A DNA stretch of 64,000 bases, from the UHGV virus genome UHGV-1374396. One strand, 5' to 3'. The notes under the pieces were generated by a model. That model was given only the letters and a program-made list of their open reading frames with translations. It did not search any database and was not told the DNA's origin. The translations under genes were made by a program, and so were the position numbers. This document shows positions 48,024 through 58,290 of the stretch, piece by piece; the stretch's first letter is position 1, and every line of letters begins with the position of its first letter. The stretch is from a virus.

Positions 48024-48934
48024 CTTGATATTAACACCGTATATTTGCCCATAATGGGGTTATACTTAAAGTGCATTTCATATACTCTGTTGATTTCTAT
48101 CACCATGTCCTTAGGTAGTAGAACTCCAGTGAAACTTATAGAGGGTGGTTGCATATTATCTGGGTACTTGTATAGATTATTACTTCTATAATCACAAGTA
48201 TGTAGATACAATAGTATATCTGCTACCTCATCTCTATTCTCAGGCTGAGCTATTTCTTTTATCAGAAGCTTTGGAGTAAAGGGTAATAGCTTATAAACCT
48301 TTCCTGGTTGTAGTGTAATTTCCTTGGTACCAGCATTTTCAACAGGTGTTATAATCTCTGCTAATACCTTTTTGTTTTTAATCTCTCTAATAGAATCGTT
48401 GATAGCATTGACTGCTCTTTCTCTAGTAGTAGTTTCAGTATTAATACTACCTCTTACTGTACCTAGTTCATTTCTTACAACTGATACCTTAGATTCTATT
48501 GCTGAGTTTAAACTTTCTGTCTTTACATAGCCAGATAAATCTACCTCTGGTGAGAAATTACCGAATACTTCCCACTTATTAGATTTGGGTAACCAGATAT
48601 ATTCCTTATGGTTTTGACCTTCTGTTCCTTCTGGTATAACAACGAATATCTTGTTTATATCAGCTTCTGAGGGTTTTGTTGGTAAGGCCAAAACTACCTT
48701 GAATAATGTAGTATCAAGTGTAACAGATAGTTCTCCTGTTGGAGAAAGTGTTAGACCTTTACCCATTATTAGGGCATCTTGTTTGGTGTTTATAGTAGAA
48801 GTTAGAGAAGCCCTTAGCTTCTCTATATTACTATTTACAAACTTCTTGATAATTCTAACTACTATTTGTAAACCAGTAGCACTTAGGAATTTGCCCTTTT
48901 CCTTAGATTCTTGAATAATTGTTTCTTTACTCAT
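48008..48934 (-). CDS. Hypothetical structural protein
   Basis: 308-aa ORF. Confidence 0.35.
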   Translation of the reverse strand: MSKETIIQESKEKGKFLSATGLQIVVRIIKKFVNSNIEKLRASLTSTINTKQDALIMGKGLTLSPTGELSVTLDTTLFKVVLALPTKPSEADINKIFVVIPEGTEGQNHKEYIWLPKSNKWEVFGNFSPEVDLSGYVKTESLNSAIESKVSVVRNELGTVRGSINTETTTRERAVNAINDSIREIKNKKVLAEIITPVENAGTKEITLQPGKVYKLLPFTPKLLIKEIAQPENRDEVADILLYLHTCDYRSNNLYKYPDNMQPPSISFTGVLLPKDMVIEINRVYEMHFKYNPIMGKYTVLISSWVLA

Positions 48935-48946
48935 ATGTGTAGTTTA

Positions 48947-51304
48947 TTATGATTCTAGAATATCATTAACTAATGTATCAACTTCTTCTTCAGTTAAAGA
49001 TTTTATTTTCTCTAGCCCAGAATTTAAGTCTGTGATACCTTGTTTGTTAGTATCAATCAACTGATTCATACGGGCCTCTACTGCTCTTGAAGTACTTGAT
49101 TCAGAAGCTAAGTCCTTAGTTAACTTATTAACCTGATTAGTTAGTGTTTGGTCCTTATTGGTAAATCCTTCAGAACGTCTCTCTTCTGCAGATAATCTAC
49201 TTTGTAAAGAAGATATTTCAGTATCCTGTTGTCTTACCTTCTCCTCAAGTGTATGTATAGTTTCAGTATATGCGGTTCTAAGACTATCTAAACCGTTTTT
49301 AATACTGTTTATCTTATCTGAGCTTTCTAATGTACTTAGTACGTACTGTTTTAAAGATCTATCAAGGTCTGTTAATCCTTGTGTATAACTATTTACTGCA
49401 CTAGTTAATTGTTCACGTAACTCAGCAGCAGTACTGTTTAAAGAAGTATTTACACCTTTTATCTTAGTGAGAATATCTTCTTTGGTATCATTAAGCTCTT
49501 TCTCCCAACGTTGTATTAATGTAAGGTTACGTTGGATAGCAGCTGTATTCTCTGTAACTTGAGGAGTATTATTTGTGTTACTCTGTAGTTGTTTATATAG
49601 ATCTCCTAACTTAGTTAAGATACCATTATTAACCTTCTCCTGGTCTAGTTTATTAGAAGATATAATTTGTTTTAAAACATTGTCTGCAGATATGTATCTA
49701 GATTCTAAGGCAGATATTTCTCTAAGTAGCTCTGTTTTAATTAGATTGGTATACTGTTTAGATACATCGTTAGAATTCTTTACATCTGATATTACACCAT
49801 CAATTGAAAGCTTATTCTGATTCAATTGTTCTGCTATTGCTGTAATACGTGAAATTATTGTAGCACTTGTGTTACTACCATCCTCAAGAGATTTTGATAA
49901 CTCTTTAAGTGTATTGATAGTATCAGGGGCTACGCCCATAACCTTTTGTATAGATGCTTCTACTTCTTCTAAAGTTTGGAAATTTAAATCGTTTTGAAGT
50001 TGAGATACTTTACTTACCTTATTAGCTAATGCTTCTATACCCTCTAATTTTGCTTTATGCGCATCTGTAAAATCATTAGATGATAATACCTTGCCTGCTT
50101 GTTTATCTACCTTACCATTCTTAAGCTCTGTATAAGCATTAGTTCTGGCAGTAGATTCTTCTGATATCTTGTCTGTTAGTTCGGTTTTAATACTTTCTAC
50201 CTTACCTTTTAAATCAGAAGTTGTTTTGGTATTCTCAGTATCAGCTGCAATTCTCTGTTTGGTTTCCTCAGCAATTTTCTTATCTAATTCAGAAAAGCTG
50301 GTTTTTCTATCTTGTATTTCCTTATCTACTTTGGCATTAGTAGCAGTATCTTTTGTGTTTAACTTATTAGTTAAGGAACTTTCAAGAGCAGTAATAGCTT
50401 GTCTACGTTCAGTTACTTCTGTTACTAAACGATTATCTAAATCCTTATCTGCAGCAGTACGTTTTGAAGTCTCAGAATCTAGTTTAGATGTTAACTCTGA
50501 ATCAGCTGCAATACGGTTAAGTTTCTCTTCTTGAATAGCTGAATCTATTCTTGAGTTATTGTTTTGTACAGTTGATTCTAACTGAGTTATCTTCTCCTTG
50601 TTTGTATTCTCAGCCTGTGTAGCTCTATTGGCTTCATTTGATACCAATTCAAGAGCTTGGTCTTTTAACTCCTGTACTTTTTCTGTTACAGTAGTACTCA
50701 ATGAAGATAGGGTCTTTTCATTTGAATCAATACGTTTATTTGATTCTTTCAATGACTGCTTTATCTCCTCAGTAGTTCTACGTAAGTTACCTGATACTTT
50801 TTCGTGATTAGTATCTACTTTGGCTGCAAGAGAATCTATACTTTTATCTAATCTATAACGGTCTTCTCTTGACTTATCTACTTCTTTGTCGATAGTTTTT
50901 TGTAGAGCTGTTAACTTGTTAACTGTCTCAGTAGCAAAATTAGGGTTACCTGCTAGAGTATCTGCCAACTCTTTTAGAGCTTCTAGTGCTCTTGGAGAAC
51001 CTTCTACTAATCTGTCTAAAGCTCTCTTTACATCATACTCTGTTTGGAAATTTAAATCGTTTTGAAGTTGAGATACTCGGTTAATTTCTTCTAACCGTTC
51101 TAGTTTACTTTTAAGTGTATCATTAAAGTCATTCTTTGAAAGTCCATAACCTTCTTTCTTAGATACTTTATCTGATACACTTATAACTGATTTCCAGAAT
51201 TCTACAATAGTACCGGTAAAACCGTTAGCTACTGCATCATCATAATAACCCTGAAGCAGTCTCTGGTCTATCTGCTCACCGGTATAGTGTTTACTAGTGT
51301 ACAT
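48947..51304 (-). CDS. Long coiled-coil fibre-like structural protein with an internally duplicated module
   Basis: 785 aa, predominantly heptad-like and Ser/Thr/Glu/Lys-rich. The module ...SQLQNDLNFQT... occurs twice (residues ~60 and ~430), encoded by an identical 36-bp DNA repeat. Confidence 0.45.
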   Translation of the reverse strand: MYTSKHYTGEQIDQRLLQGYYDDAVANGFTGTIVEFWKSVISVSDKVSKKEGYGLSKNDFNDTLKSKLERLEEINRVSQLQNDLNFQTEYDVKRALDRLVEGSPRALEALKELADTLAGNPNFATETVNKLTALQKTIDKEVDKSREDRYRLDKSIDSLAAKVDTNHEKVSGNLRRTTEEIKQSLKESNKRIDSNEKTLSSLSTTVTEKVQELKDQALELVSNEANRATQAENTNKEKITQLESTVQNNNSRIDSAIQEEKLNRIAADSELTSKLDSETSKRTAADKDLDNRLVTEVTERRQAITALESSLTNKLNTKDTATNAKVDKEIQDRKTSFSELDKKIAEETKQRIAADTENTKTTSDLKGKVESIKTELTDKISEESTARTNAYTELKNGKVDKQAGKVLSSNDFTDAHKAKLEGIEALANKVSKVSQLQNDLNFQTLEEVEASIQKVMGVAPDTINTLKELSKSLEDGSNTSATIISRITAIAEQLNQNKLSIDGVISDVKNSNDVSKQYTNLIKTELLREISALESRYISADNVLKQIISSNKLDQEKVNNGILTKLGDLYKQLQSNTNNTPQVTENTAAIQRNLTLIQRWEKELNDTKEDILTKIKGVNTSLNSTAAELREQLTSAVNSYTQGLTDLDRSLKQYVLSTLESSDKINSIKNGLDSLRTAYTETIHTLEEKVRQQDTEISSLQSRLSAEERRSEGFTNKDQTLTNQVNKLTKDLASESSTSRAVEARMNQLIDTNKQGITDLNSGLEKIKSLTEEEVDTLVNDILES
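49974..50009. repeat. 36-bp direct repeat, copy 1 (gtttggaaatttaaatcgttttgaagttgagatact)
   Basis: Identical to 51042-51077, with both copies inside the same gene. Confidence 0.6.
51042..51077. repeat. 36-bp direct repeat, copy 2
   Basis: Identical to 49974-50009. Confidence 0.6.
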
Positions 51305-51320
51305 ATATTAAAATGTTTTA

Positions 51321-51737
51321 TTAGTTTTTACCTGCAAATATTTCACCATCTCTACTTAGGAAGTATGTACCTTCACTACCAGCAAAACCATTTTGAATAC
51401 TTTCAGGATTATCTGGGTTAGTATCTCCAGCATCTTGTAACTCTTCACCAATTATAGTACCACGTATTGGTAATTTATTTATTCTAAACTTTACTATCTG
51501 ACCCACACCTAAGAAAGGTTCAGGTGTTATGTGAAGCTTACCAAAATAATCTTGATAAAAAGAATCGAATTTCTCTCCTGTTAAACTTCTTAGATAGCTG
51601 ATATCTATACCAACATCTTCAGAAGCATCGATTTGTAGTAATGTAGGTCCAGTTACTTTCACTAAGTTACTTTCATAGTAAAACTTATCATTGTTAGCTT
51701 TAACTTTTGTCCACCTTAGTGTAAGGAACTTTGCCAT
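51321..51737 (-). CDS. Hypothetical structural protein
   Basis: 138-aa ORF. Confidence 0.35.
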   Translation of the reverse strand: MAKFLTLRWTKVKANNDKFYYESNLVKVTGPTLLQIDASEDVGIDISYLRSLTGEKFDSFYQDYFGKLHITPEPFLGVGQIVKFRINKLPIRGTIIGEELQDAGDTNPDNPESIQNGFAGSEGTYFLSRDGEIFAGKN

Positions 51738-52234
51738 TATTTTAAAAATTTAATAACTGAATTACTATCCACTTTTAGGATAATCATATATACTATCGCT
51801 TCGTCTTTAGCTTGTGCAACTTGAGTATCACCTGAAGGCCTATAGACTTTACCATTGATTAGGAATCTATCTTCTGCCCAGTTTAAATCAAGTTTATAAG
51901 AACCATCACCTAAATCTACATAATACTTACCACCTTGTAATTCTCTTAAATAATCCTGTGATATTAAGATAGATAAGTTTTCTTGGTTATTTTCTCCAGC
52001 TACAGTACTTTCGTTGATTGGCCAGTTTCTAAAATAGTTATAGAAACATAATGCCTCTATATCAATCTTCTCATAGTATGGTGTAAAGTCTTCACCATGT
52101 GAAAGCATCTGGTCTACGTGTCTTGCCCATACTATAGATTGCCTTCCAGCGTCTAGGTCTAAAAAAGCTTTAATGTGTTTTTTATACCTATCCCAAGATT
52201 TATTACTAACTAGATGTCTACCGCTTTTAGTCAT
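51737..52234 (-). CDS. Hypothetical structural protein
   Basis: 165-aa ORF. Confidence 0.35.
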   Translation of the reverse strand: MTKSGRHLVSNKSWDRYKKHIKAFLDLDAGRQSIVWARHVDQMLSHGEDFTPYYEKIDIEALCFYNYFRNWPINESTVAGENNQENLSILISQDYLRELQGGKYYVDLGDGSYKLDLNWAEDRFLINGKVYRPSGDTQVAQAKDEAIVYMIILKVDSNSVIKFLK

Positions 52235-52236
52235 AA

Positions 52237-53136
52237 TTAACCTTTTGATACTATGTTGAATTCTTCACTACCTGATGATATAGGGTATGTTGGGTTTGGT
52301 CCACTTAACTTAGTAGGTACTCTACGATTTACTACTCTTGGTACTACTGGTATAAGTGGTTTATTACATATAGGTAAGAATATTTCTAATCTTGAAGCCA
52401 ACATACATAAGTTCTGCCTAAGCAGATCTATAACCCCACCAGGTTTAAGAGCTGTAAGATAATGGTTAATCAAACCATCTGTTGATTCGGTTACTGTATC
52501 ATAATACTCTATCTCAGTAGGTCCAGTAGTAATATGTTTAATACGGTCTCCTCTAGCTGAATCTTCTTCGCCTGATTCGTTTGTCTTTGTTGAGATTACT
52601 TCCTTTATATAATGACCAGTTCCCATTAATAAATTTAATATCTTTACATATAGATAATCAAACGCAGCCAATTCCATTATTAGTTGGTTCTCTAGACCTT
52701 CATAATATAATTCATTGTTGTATTGCTCTAGCGGTATTTCATTTTCACTAGAACGTACAACTAATGGTTGGATATATAATTGCCATTTGTTGATATATAA
52801 AGATTTATCAGCCTGTGTCATACCCTTAACTAATTCCTCTGGTATATATGAATCTATCAAATTATATATACTATCAGATAGATGTGTTTTTACTACATCA
52901 GATATTAAGAGTGTTTTAGTTACCTCTCCAACTACACCATCAGTTGAATTCTCTAATTTTAGATTTATATGATATATACCTGGTCTACTGTAAGTATGTG
53001 AAGGAGTTCTTTTATTGTATTCCCCACCCGTATCATCACCAAAGTCCCAACTAGGTATTAAACTAGCAGGGACTTTTGATAATAATTGGAAATTTGCAGT
53101 TAGACCTTCGGTTATAATCTGAAAGTCTATGCTCAT
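52237..53136 (-). CDS. Hypothetical structural protein
   Basis: 299-aa ORF. Confidence 0.35.
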   Translation of the reverse strand: MSIDFQIITEGLTANFQLLSKVPASLIPSWDFGDDTGGEYNKRTPSHTYSRPGIYHINLKLENSTDGVVGEVTKTLLISDVVKTHLSDSIYNLIDSYIPEELVKGMTQADKSLYINKWQLYIQPLVVRSSENEIPLEQYNNELYYEGLENQLIMELAAFDYLYVKILNLLMGTGHYIKEVISTKTNESGEEDSARGDRIKHITTGPTEIEYYDTVTESTDGLINHYLTALKPGGVIDLLRQNLCMLASRLEIFLPICNKPLIPVVPRVVNRRVPTKLSGPNPTYPISSGSEEFNIVSKG

Positions 53137-53141
53137 AATTG

Positions 53142-53570
53142 TTATTTATTAGATTCCATCTCTTCAATTACAGCAGTAAGTAGAGTGTCTACTGTATCAC
53201 CTTCTTCAGCTTCTATTCCGTATACTTCAGAAGCAATTAGTGATAACTCCTCTAAAGTGAAGGCTTTAGCAATCTTTTTAATCTCCATTCCTTCTGAATG
53301 TAATTTATGAAGTTTAGCGTTCAAAGTGTTTGCTCTGTCTTCATCGATAGTGTTTTGAGTTTCTTCCTCAGTCACATATTCCAAGTGACCTGAGGTTAGA
53401 GCTCTTCTTACTTTTATTGAGTTAATTTGGTTTGGTTTTAATTCCTTAACCTCACCTCTTGATACTTGTAAGCCTAATGAAGCATCATAGAAACTGTAAG
53501 CTTCTGAACCTAATTTTACTTTACGTAAGTTTGTTTTTGCCATATTCTTTATATTTGTTATGTTATACAA
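53142..53570 (-). CDS. Hypothetical head-associated protein
   Basis: 142-aa ORF immediately downstream of the capsid gene. Confidence 0.3.
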   Translation of the reverse strand: MYNITNIKNMAKTNLRKVKLGSEAYSFYDASLGLQVSRGEVKELKPNQINSIKVRRALTSGHLEYVTEEETQNTIDEDRANTLNAKLHKLHSEGMEIKKIAKAFTLEELSLIASEVYGIEAEEGDTVDTLLTAVIEEMESNK

Positions 53571-53590
53571 CTTGATTAAAGTTAAATAGT

Positions 53591-54709
53591 CTAATCAAGA
53601 TTAACTGACAAGAATGGGTCGATGTTCATGAAGCTTGGGAAGCTATGAGCTGTAAACATCTTACTTGAATCAAGTAACAAAGCAGCATCTTGGTACATCT
53701 TACAGAATCCAGTTGTAAGAGAAGCATATGTTGCTTGTGTTTGGTTAGATACGATTCTTTCAGATTCAAGCATAAGCTCCTTAGCTGTAAGCTTAATAAG
53801 AGCAGCAGATCTGTCTACCAATAGTAATTGGTTATCTGGTGTATTTGGGTGAATCCAGAAGTTAGCTTGGTTTGGTACTGGGCTCTTAACGTTAAGAGTT
53901 GCATCAGTAGTACCGCTCTTACGTTCTTTGAATTCCTTCAAATCCAACATCTCAATTGCTTGGTCTTCGCCACCGATTAAGTTTTGGTAGTTACGGCCAA
54001 GTCGAGAACCTCTTACCCAGATGTGTAATAGGTCTTTATATTGAATACCCTTGGTAGTATCATATACACCAATTACTGGAGCAGATTCAGCACCGTTAGC
54101 CATGTTACCGTTCATTAGTACATCCATTGCCAATGAATCAAGAGCATAACCTAATTGGATACCGAAATCACGAAGGTAGATACCCAATACGTCGATTGAA
54201 ACGTAGTTACGAACTTCGTCGGTTAGTTTGAAACCCTTACCAATCTTAAAGATTGATACTGACTTCTCGCCATAGCTGATGTCTCCCAATGGGATAGTTT
54301 CAGCTTCGTTAACTTTAGCTGGAGCAGCATCAGACATGTTGATGTGTGGCATTGTAACTTTAAGGTTACTTACCTTCTCATCATGTGCAATAAGATTTGG
54401 ATAGAATGGAGCCTTTCTGATACCTGATACGATAGCAGTACGGATGATTTCTGGAACCAACCAACGTACTGAAGAATCTGGCATAGTGAATAGGTTCTCC
54501 ATAGTAGTCATTCTAGGGTTGATACCTAACTTGTCGTAGTAGTCTTCAACTGAAAGACCATACTTTTCCTTTACCATCTCTTCTAGAGAGATATCGCAGC
54601 ATACGTTATCTTTAGTACCTGTACGAGCAGAATCCATGAACTTAACCAACTCTGGAAGTTCTTTGATAAAATCACCTGCTTTATAATTTTCGATATTTAC
54701 TTTTGACAT
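53591..54709 (-). CDS. Putative major capsid protein
   Basis: 372 aa located downstream of the portal and scaffold-like genes. Its codon choice appears characteristic of highly expressed genes. Assigned mainly by position and size. Confidence 0.45.
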   Translation of the reverse strand: MSKVNIENYKAGDFIKELPELVKFMDSARTGTKDNVCCDISLEEMVKEKYGLSVEDYYDKLGINPRMTTMENLFTMPDSSVRWLVPEIIRTAIVSGIRKAPFYPNLIAHDEKVSNLKVTMPHINMSDAAPAKVNEAETIPLGDISYGEKSVSIFKIGKGFKLTDEVRNYVSIDVLGIYLRDFGIQLGYALDSLAMDVLMNGNMANGAESAPVIGVYDTTKGIQYKDLLHIWVRGSRLGRNYQNLIGGEDQAIEMLDLKEFKERKSGTTDATLNVKSPVPNQANFWIHPNTPDNQLLLVDRSAALIKLTAKELMLESERIVSNQTQATYASLTTGFCKMYQDAALLLDSSKMFTAHSFPSFMNIDPFLSVNLD

Positions 54710-54738
54710 AATTCTTTTCTTTTGTTGTGTTACTTTAC

Positions 54739-55191
54739 TTATCGGATTAATACTCGTACAACCTCATTAGCATCAGTTGCTTCTGTAATAGCAATGAAGT
54801 TGGTTTTGTCAGTAGACTTAGTTACTTCTACAAAGTGACCAGACTTAATCTGACCTGTTGGTTTAACGTAGCCTGGTTTAAGAGCAGCATCTGATACATA
54901 GTTACATGTAGCAAAAGCTTCTACCATTACAGTTACTTCAATTGGGAAATTACGTTGACCTGGGTAAGCAGGGTGTTCACTATTTGTTACAGCAATTCCA
55001 AGGTATACTTGGTTTGCTGCTCCAGTATATGGAGTAATTTCACCTGCATCAGTAATAGCTACTGGCATACCTTTGTAGATCTTTTCACCTTGTTTTACAC
55101 AGAATGCTTCGTGTAGTTTGTGAGATTCACTCTTATAGATAACTACTCTGGGAGTTTTTTCACCCATAAGGGTTAATGGTTTTTGTTCCAT
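54739..55191 (-). CDS. Hypothetical head protein (decoration or maturation-associated)
   Basis: 150-aa ORF between the scaffold-like and capsid genes. Confidence 0.3.
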   Translation of the reverse strand: MEQKPLTLMGEKTPRVVIYKSESHKLHEAFCVKQGEKIYKGMPVAITDAGEITPYTGAANQVYLGIAVTNSEHPAYPGQRNFPIEVTVMVEAFATCNYVSDAALKPGYVKPTGQIKSGHFVEVTKSTDKTNFIAITEATDANEVVRVLIR

Positions 55192-55228
55192 AATTTAGAT
55201 ATATTATTTAATTAATATTACTTGTTTG

Positions 55229-56773
55229 TTACTCAGCCTTATAACGCTGTTTGTTACGCATAATTGAAGAGACAGCTTCCTTGGTGTCCTTTACATCACC
55301 GCTGTTTTCTTCGTTCTTGGTAGTTTCTGGGTCTGGGTCTGAAACTGAAGATGCTCTACTAACGTCTTTAGAACCGCAGCTAGAGCAGTGCAATGGGAAT
55401 AGCTCTTCCAATCTTGCTTCATAAGATTTGTTTAATGCTTCCAATTGAGCAGCTCCTGTTGTTTCACTGTTGAGCATTGTAAGGATAGGGTCATTCTCAT
55501 CGAATTTATCACCTTGCATCTTACGGTAGTTTGCTACAGATGTTTCACGAAGTTTAGTGATGTAAGTTGTTCCAAGTTCTGCCTTAGCAGAAAGAGATAC
55601 TTTCTCAGCTTCAAGGTTTGTTACTTTCTCAGTTAGAGAAGCCTTTTCAGCTTCAAGGTTTGTTACTTTCTCTGATAAGCTTGCCTTCTCAGAGACCATG
55701 TTAGAAATAAGAGAAAGGGCTTCATCTACTGAAGCTTCTTTGCCCTCCGAAAGGACAAGCATATCTTTTCCGAAAAGCTTATCCAAGAATTCTTGAAGTT
55801 CTTTGTTCATTTGTGAATTACTTGTTGTTTGTGTATTAATATTATTATTATTATTATTAACTGGAGTATCGTTGTTTTTCTCTTGATAATAATCAGTATC
55901 TTGCTTCATATCAAAGAAAAAATAATCCTTTGCCTTATTATCAGAATACTCACTGAATGAGTTCCAGGTCTTATGAGCAAAGCCTGGGTTTACTATCTGT
56001 CCGTCTTCTCCAACCTTTTGAGCAAAACTATCTGCTCCATGTGATACTAGGGATGTTTCTAGATATCTTACGATGTCAGTAGCTATACGACATATTAAGT
56101 TACCTTTTTCATCATAGGTACCTAATCTGTTATAGAATTCAGCATCACTAAGTTGTGGGTGAGATTTTTCCCATCTAAACTGTACAGTTACTGAATTACT
56201 ATGAATTGATGGTGGGTCCATTAGTATACCTCTTGCTATACGAGGATTAGCCTTACCATCGATTTTAAGTACTCCATTTATACCGGCAGGAATTTTAAAA
56301 CCGTCATTGGTTTCATAGGCTTCTTGCCATAATACTTTAGATACAGCTCCGATAGCATTACCAACATCTGTACTGTGGTCACAGTTAACTGTTTGGCCAA
56401 GTAACATTTTCATTGAGTTGCGTAGTACACCGTTCTTACTAAAGTCTGTAGGGTTGTAATTCTTAGATACTACCGTAGCAGATAGTAATCTAAACATTGG
56501 TGTAATAAACTCCTTATCCTGAGGAGTAAGATCTTTTACATCTAAGTCAGGATAATAAGTATGGTAATTGAGTGAATTACCGAATAAACCAAATGATTGA
56601 ACCGATTCTTTGCTGGCTTCTCTCCAAGAAAAGAGGTTCTCATTTAGTTTTAGTAGGTTCTCATCGTCATTATTAACATTATCAGGTATATCACCTAACA
56701 TGATTGTATGACCTTGGCCAATCACCATCTGAGATAGATGACTGGTGTTTTTACTAGTTATTGGCTTTGTCAT
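55229..56773 (-). CDS. Putative scaffold protein, possibly fused to a prohead protease
   Basis: The C-terminal half is a coiled coil with tandem 14-aa repeats EKASLSEKVTNLEA / EKASLTEKVTNLEA / EKVSLSAKAE and a poly-Asn tract. The N-terminal ~300-aa globular domain is unassigned. Confidence 0.4.
   Translation of the reverse strand: MTKPITSKNTSHLSQMVIGQGHTIMLGDIPDNVNNDDENLLKLNENLFSWREASKESVQSFGLFGNSLNYHTYYPDLDVKDLTPQDKEFITPMFRLLSATVVSKNYNPTDFSKNGVLRNSMKMLLGQTVNCDHSTDVGNAIGAVSKVLWQEAYETNDGFKIPAGINGVLKIDGKANPRIARGILMDPPSIHSNSVTVQFRWEKSHPQLSDAEFYNRLGTYDEKGNLICRIATDIVRYLETSLVSHGADSFAQKVGEDGQIVNPGFAHKTWNSFSEYSDNKAKDYFFFDMKQDTDYYQEKNNDTPVNNNNNNINTQTTSNSQMNKELQEFLDKLFGKDMLVLSEGKEASVDEALSLISNMVSEKASLSEKVTNLEAEKASLTEKVTNLEAEKVSLSAKAELGTTYITKLRETSVANYRKMQGDKFDENDPILTMLNSETTGAAQLEALNKSYEARLEELFPLHCSSCGSKDVSRASSVSDPDPETTKNEENSGDVKDTKEAVSSIMRNKQRYKAE
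55590..55690. repeat. 42-bp tandem repeat, ~2.5 copies (ctttctcagcttcaaggtttgttactttctcag)
   Basis: Copies begin near 55601 and 55643. Encodes the 14-aa scaffold repeats. Confidence 0.55.
55841..55858. repeat. (att)6 trinucleotide microsatellite encoding poly-Asn on the minus strand
   Basis: attattattattattatt, in-frame within 55229-56773. Confidence 0.55.
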
Positions 56774-58239
56774 CTTGTTTTTATATTTTGGTCACCTCTT
56801 TTAGGGTTGATTTTTGACTTATCTCTTTGTCTACGAGCAGATTTGTTTTTGGTATCCTTATCACTATCTTCATCTATGCCTTGTTTAGTACCAGCCTGTT
56901 GGTCTATTGGAACTCGAGGTTCATCTTGGTCTGGTGTATCATAACCCATAGCTTGGGCATACTGTTGAAGTGAAATAATACCATCTCTGTATAGAGCATT
57001 AAGATTCTGTACCTTATATTGGTTCGCTTGTTGAATCTTTACATCATCTGATACAGTGGCAGGATACCATATAATAGATATGCCTTTTGGATTAAATCCA
57101 GCCAAAGTAAGTTCTAAATTATATAAGAATTCAAGTACATAACCAATAGTTCTCTGGATATTCTTTAATTGAGCCAGTAGAGTTGATAAACTTACACCAG
57201 CTCCACCTTCTGTATTTGCAGAAGTAACCCCGATAAGTGAACTGTTAATACCTAAACCATTAGCAACTGATTGTTGGTTCATAGTCCAGGGTACATCTAA
57301 GTTAGCCATATCCTTAGTAGTAGAGTTTAGCTTAAACTCATGGTCATCTTTGTAACCAACTACTAAACCATCTTTCATACCTTCTTTTAGACGTAACTTC
57401 ATTTTCTTAAGTTCTCTATCTAATCTGGCCTGATATCTGGGGATATTCTCATTTGGTTGAATGTCTGGTTTTTCCATCAAAGCTTCCATGAAACCTAACA
57501 TACCCGCATTTTCCATGATATGTTTCATGTTCACTTTCATATCTGATTGGGTCTTAAGAGAATCTAAAGCAGACATGAAAGGTGGTATACCGTAAGGTTC
57601 ATCCGTATCATTAATATAACCAACATACTTGTAAGTACGGGTATTTAATTTTATAAAAGCTTTATCAGGGTCTGTTTGACCAATATTTCTTTGATATGGT
57701 TGGTATACACCATCATTTTCTCTTTTGAAAACAATGTTATCAGGGTTTACAAATACTATGGTAGATAAGCCATCTAAATTAGAATTAGGTACACCTTCTA
57801 CTGATAGTGAACCACTTACCATTAGTTGTACTGCCATCTTATTTACATAACCATCTATACCTGCCATACAGTTTGACCATCTTTTAGTTTTATCTGAAAG
57901 ATGATCTCTCATTAAATCTGCTTCTCTATCCGTATTGTTTGGAAACTGTACTCTATGTCCAGTATTGGTTAACTGGAACATATCTTGTAAAGCTTTTCCA
58001 ACATCAGGGTTAACCTTATAGAGATCTCTGATAAGTTTTATTATCTCAACTCTAAAAGAAGGTTTAACAGTTTTAACAAAGTCTGTTAGCATTAGATTAT
58101 TACTACTAACAGAATCATCTGGTACTGATACTCTACCAGGCTCCACACTAGTAATAGAGGGTTTCTTCACAGGCCTTTCCTTTTGGATTGGAGGAGTACG
58201 CCCTCTATTTACCGTTATGTTATAACCGAATATATTCAT
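56770..58239 (-). CDS. Putative portal protein
   Basis: 489 aa immediately downstream of the large terminase gene. Assigned by position and size. Confidence 0.45.
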   Translation of the reverse strand: MNIFGYNITVNRGRTPPIQKERPVKKPSITSVEPGRVSVPDDSVSSNNLMLTDFVKTVKPSFRVEIIKLIRDLYKVNPDVGKALQDMFQLTNTGHRVQFPNNTDREADLMRDHLSDKTKRWSNCMAGIDGYVNKMAVQLMVSGSLSVEGVPNSNLDGLSTIVFVNPDNIVFKRENDGVYQPYQRNIGQTDPDKAFIKLNTRTYKYVGYINDTDEPYGIPPFMSALDSLKTQSDMKVNMKHIMENAGMLGFMEALMEKPDIQPNENIPRYQARLDRELKKMKLRLKEGMKDGLVVGYKDDHEFKLNSTTKDMANLDVPWTMNQQSVANGLGINSSLIGVTSANTEGGAGVSLSTLLAQLKNIQRTIGYVLEFLYNLELTLAGFNPKGISIIWYPATVSDDVKIQQANQYKVQNLNALYRDGIISLQQYAQAMGYDTPDQDEPRVPIDQQAGTKQGIDEDSDKDTKNKSARRQRDKSKINPKRGDQNIKTR

Positions 58240-58290
58240 ATCTTTAACTAATTATATTATTCTATAGTGATTTAACTACATCGTTTTGCA

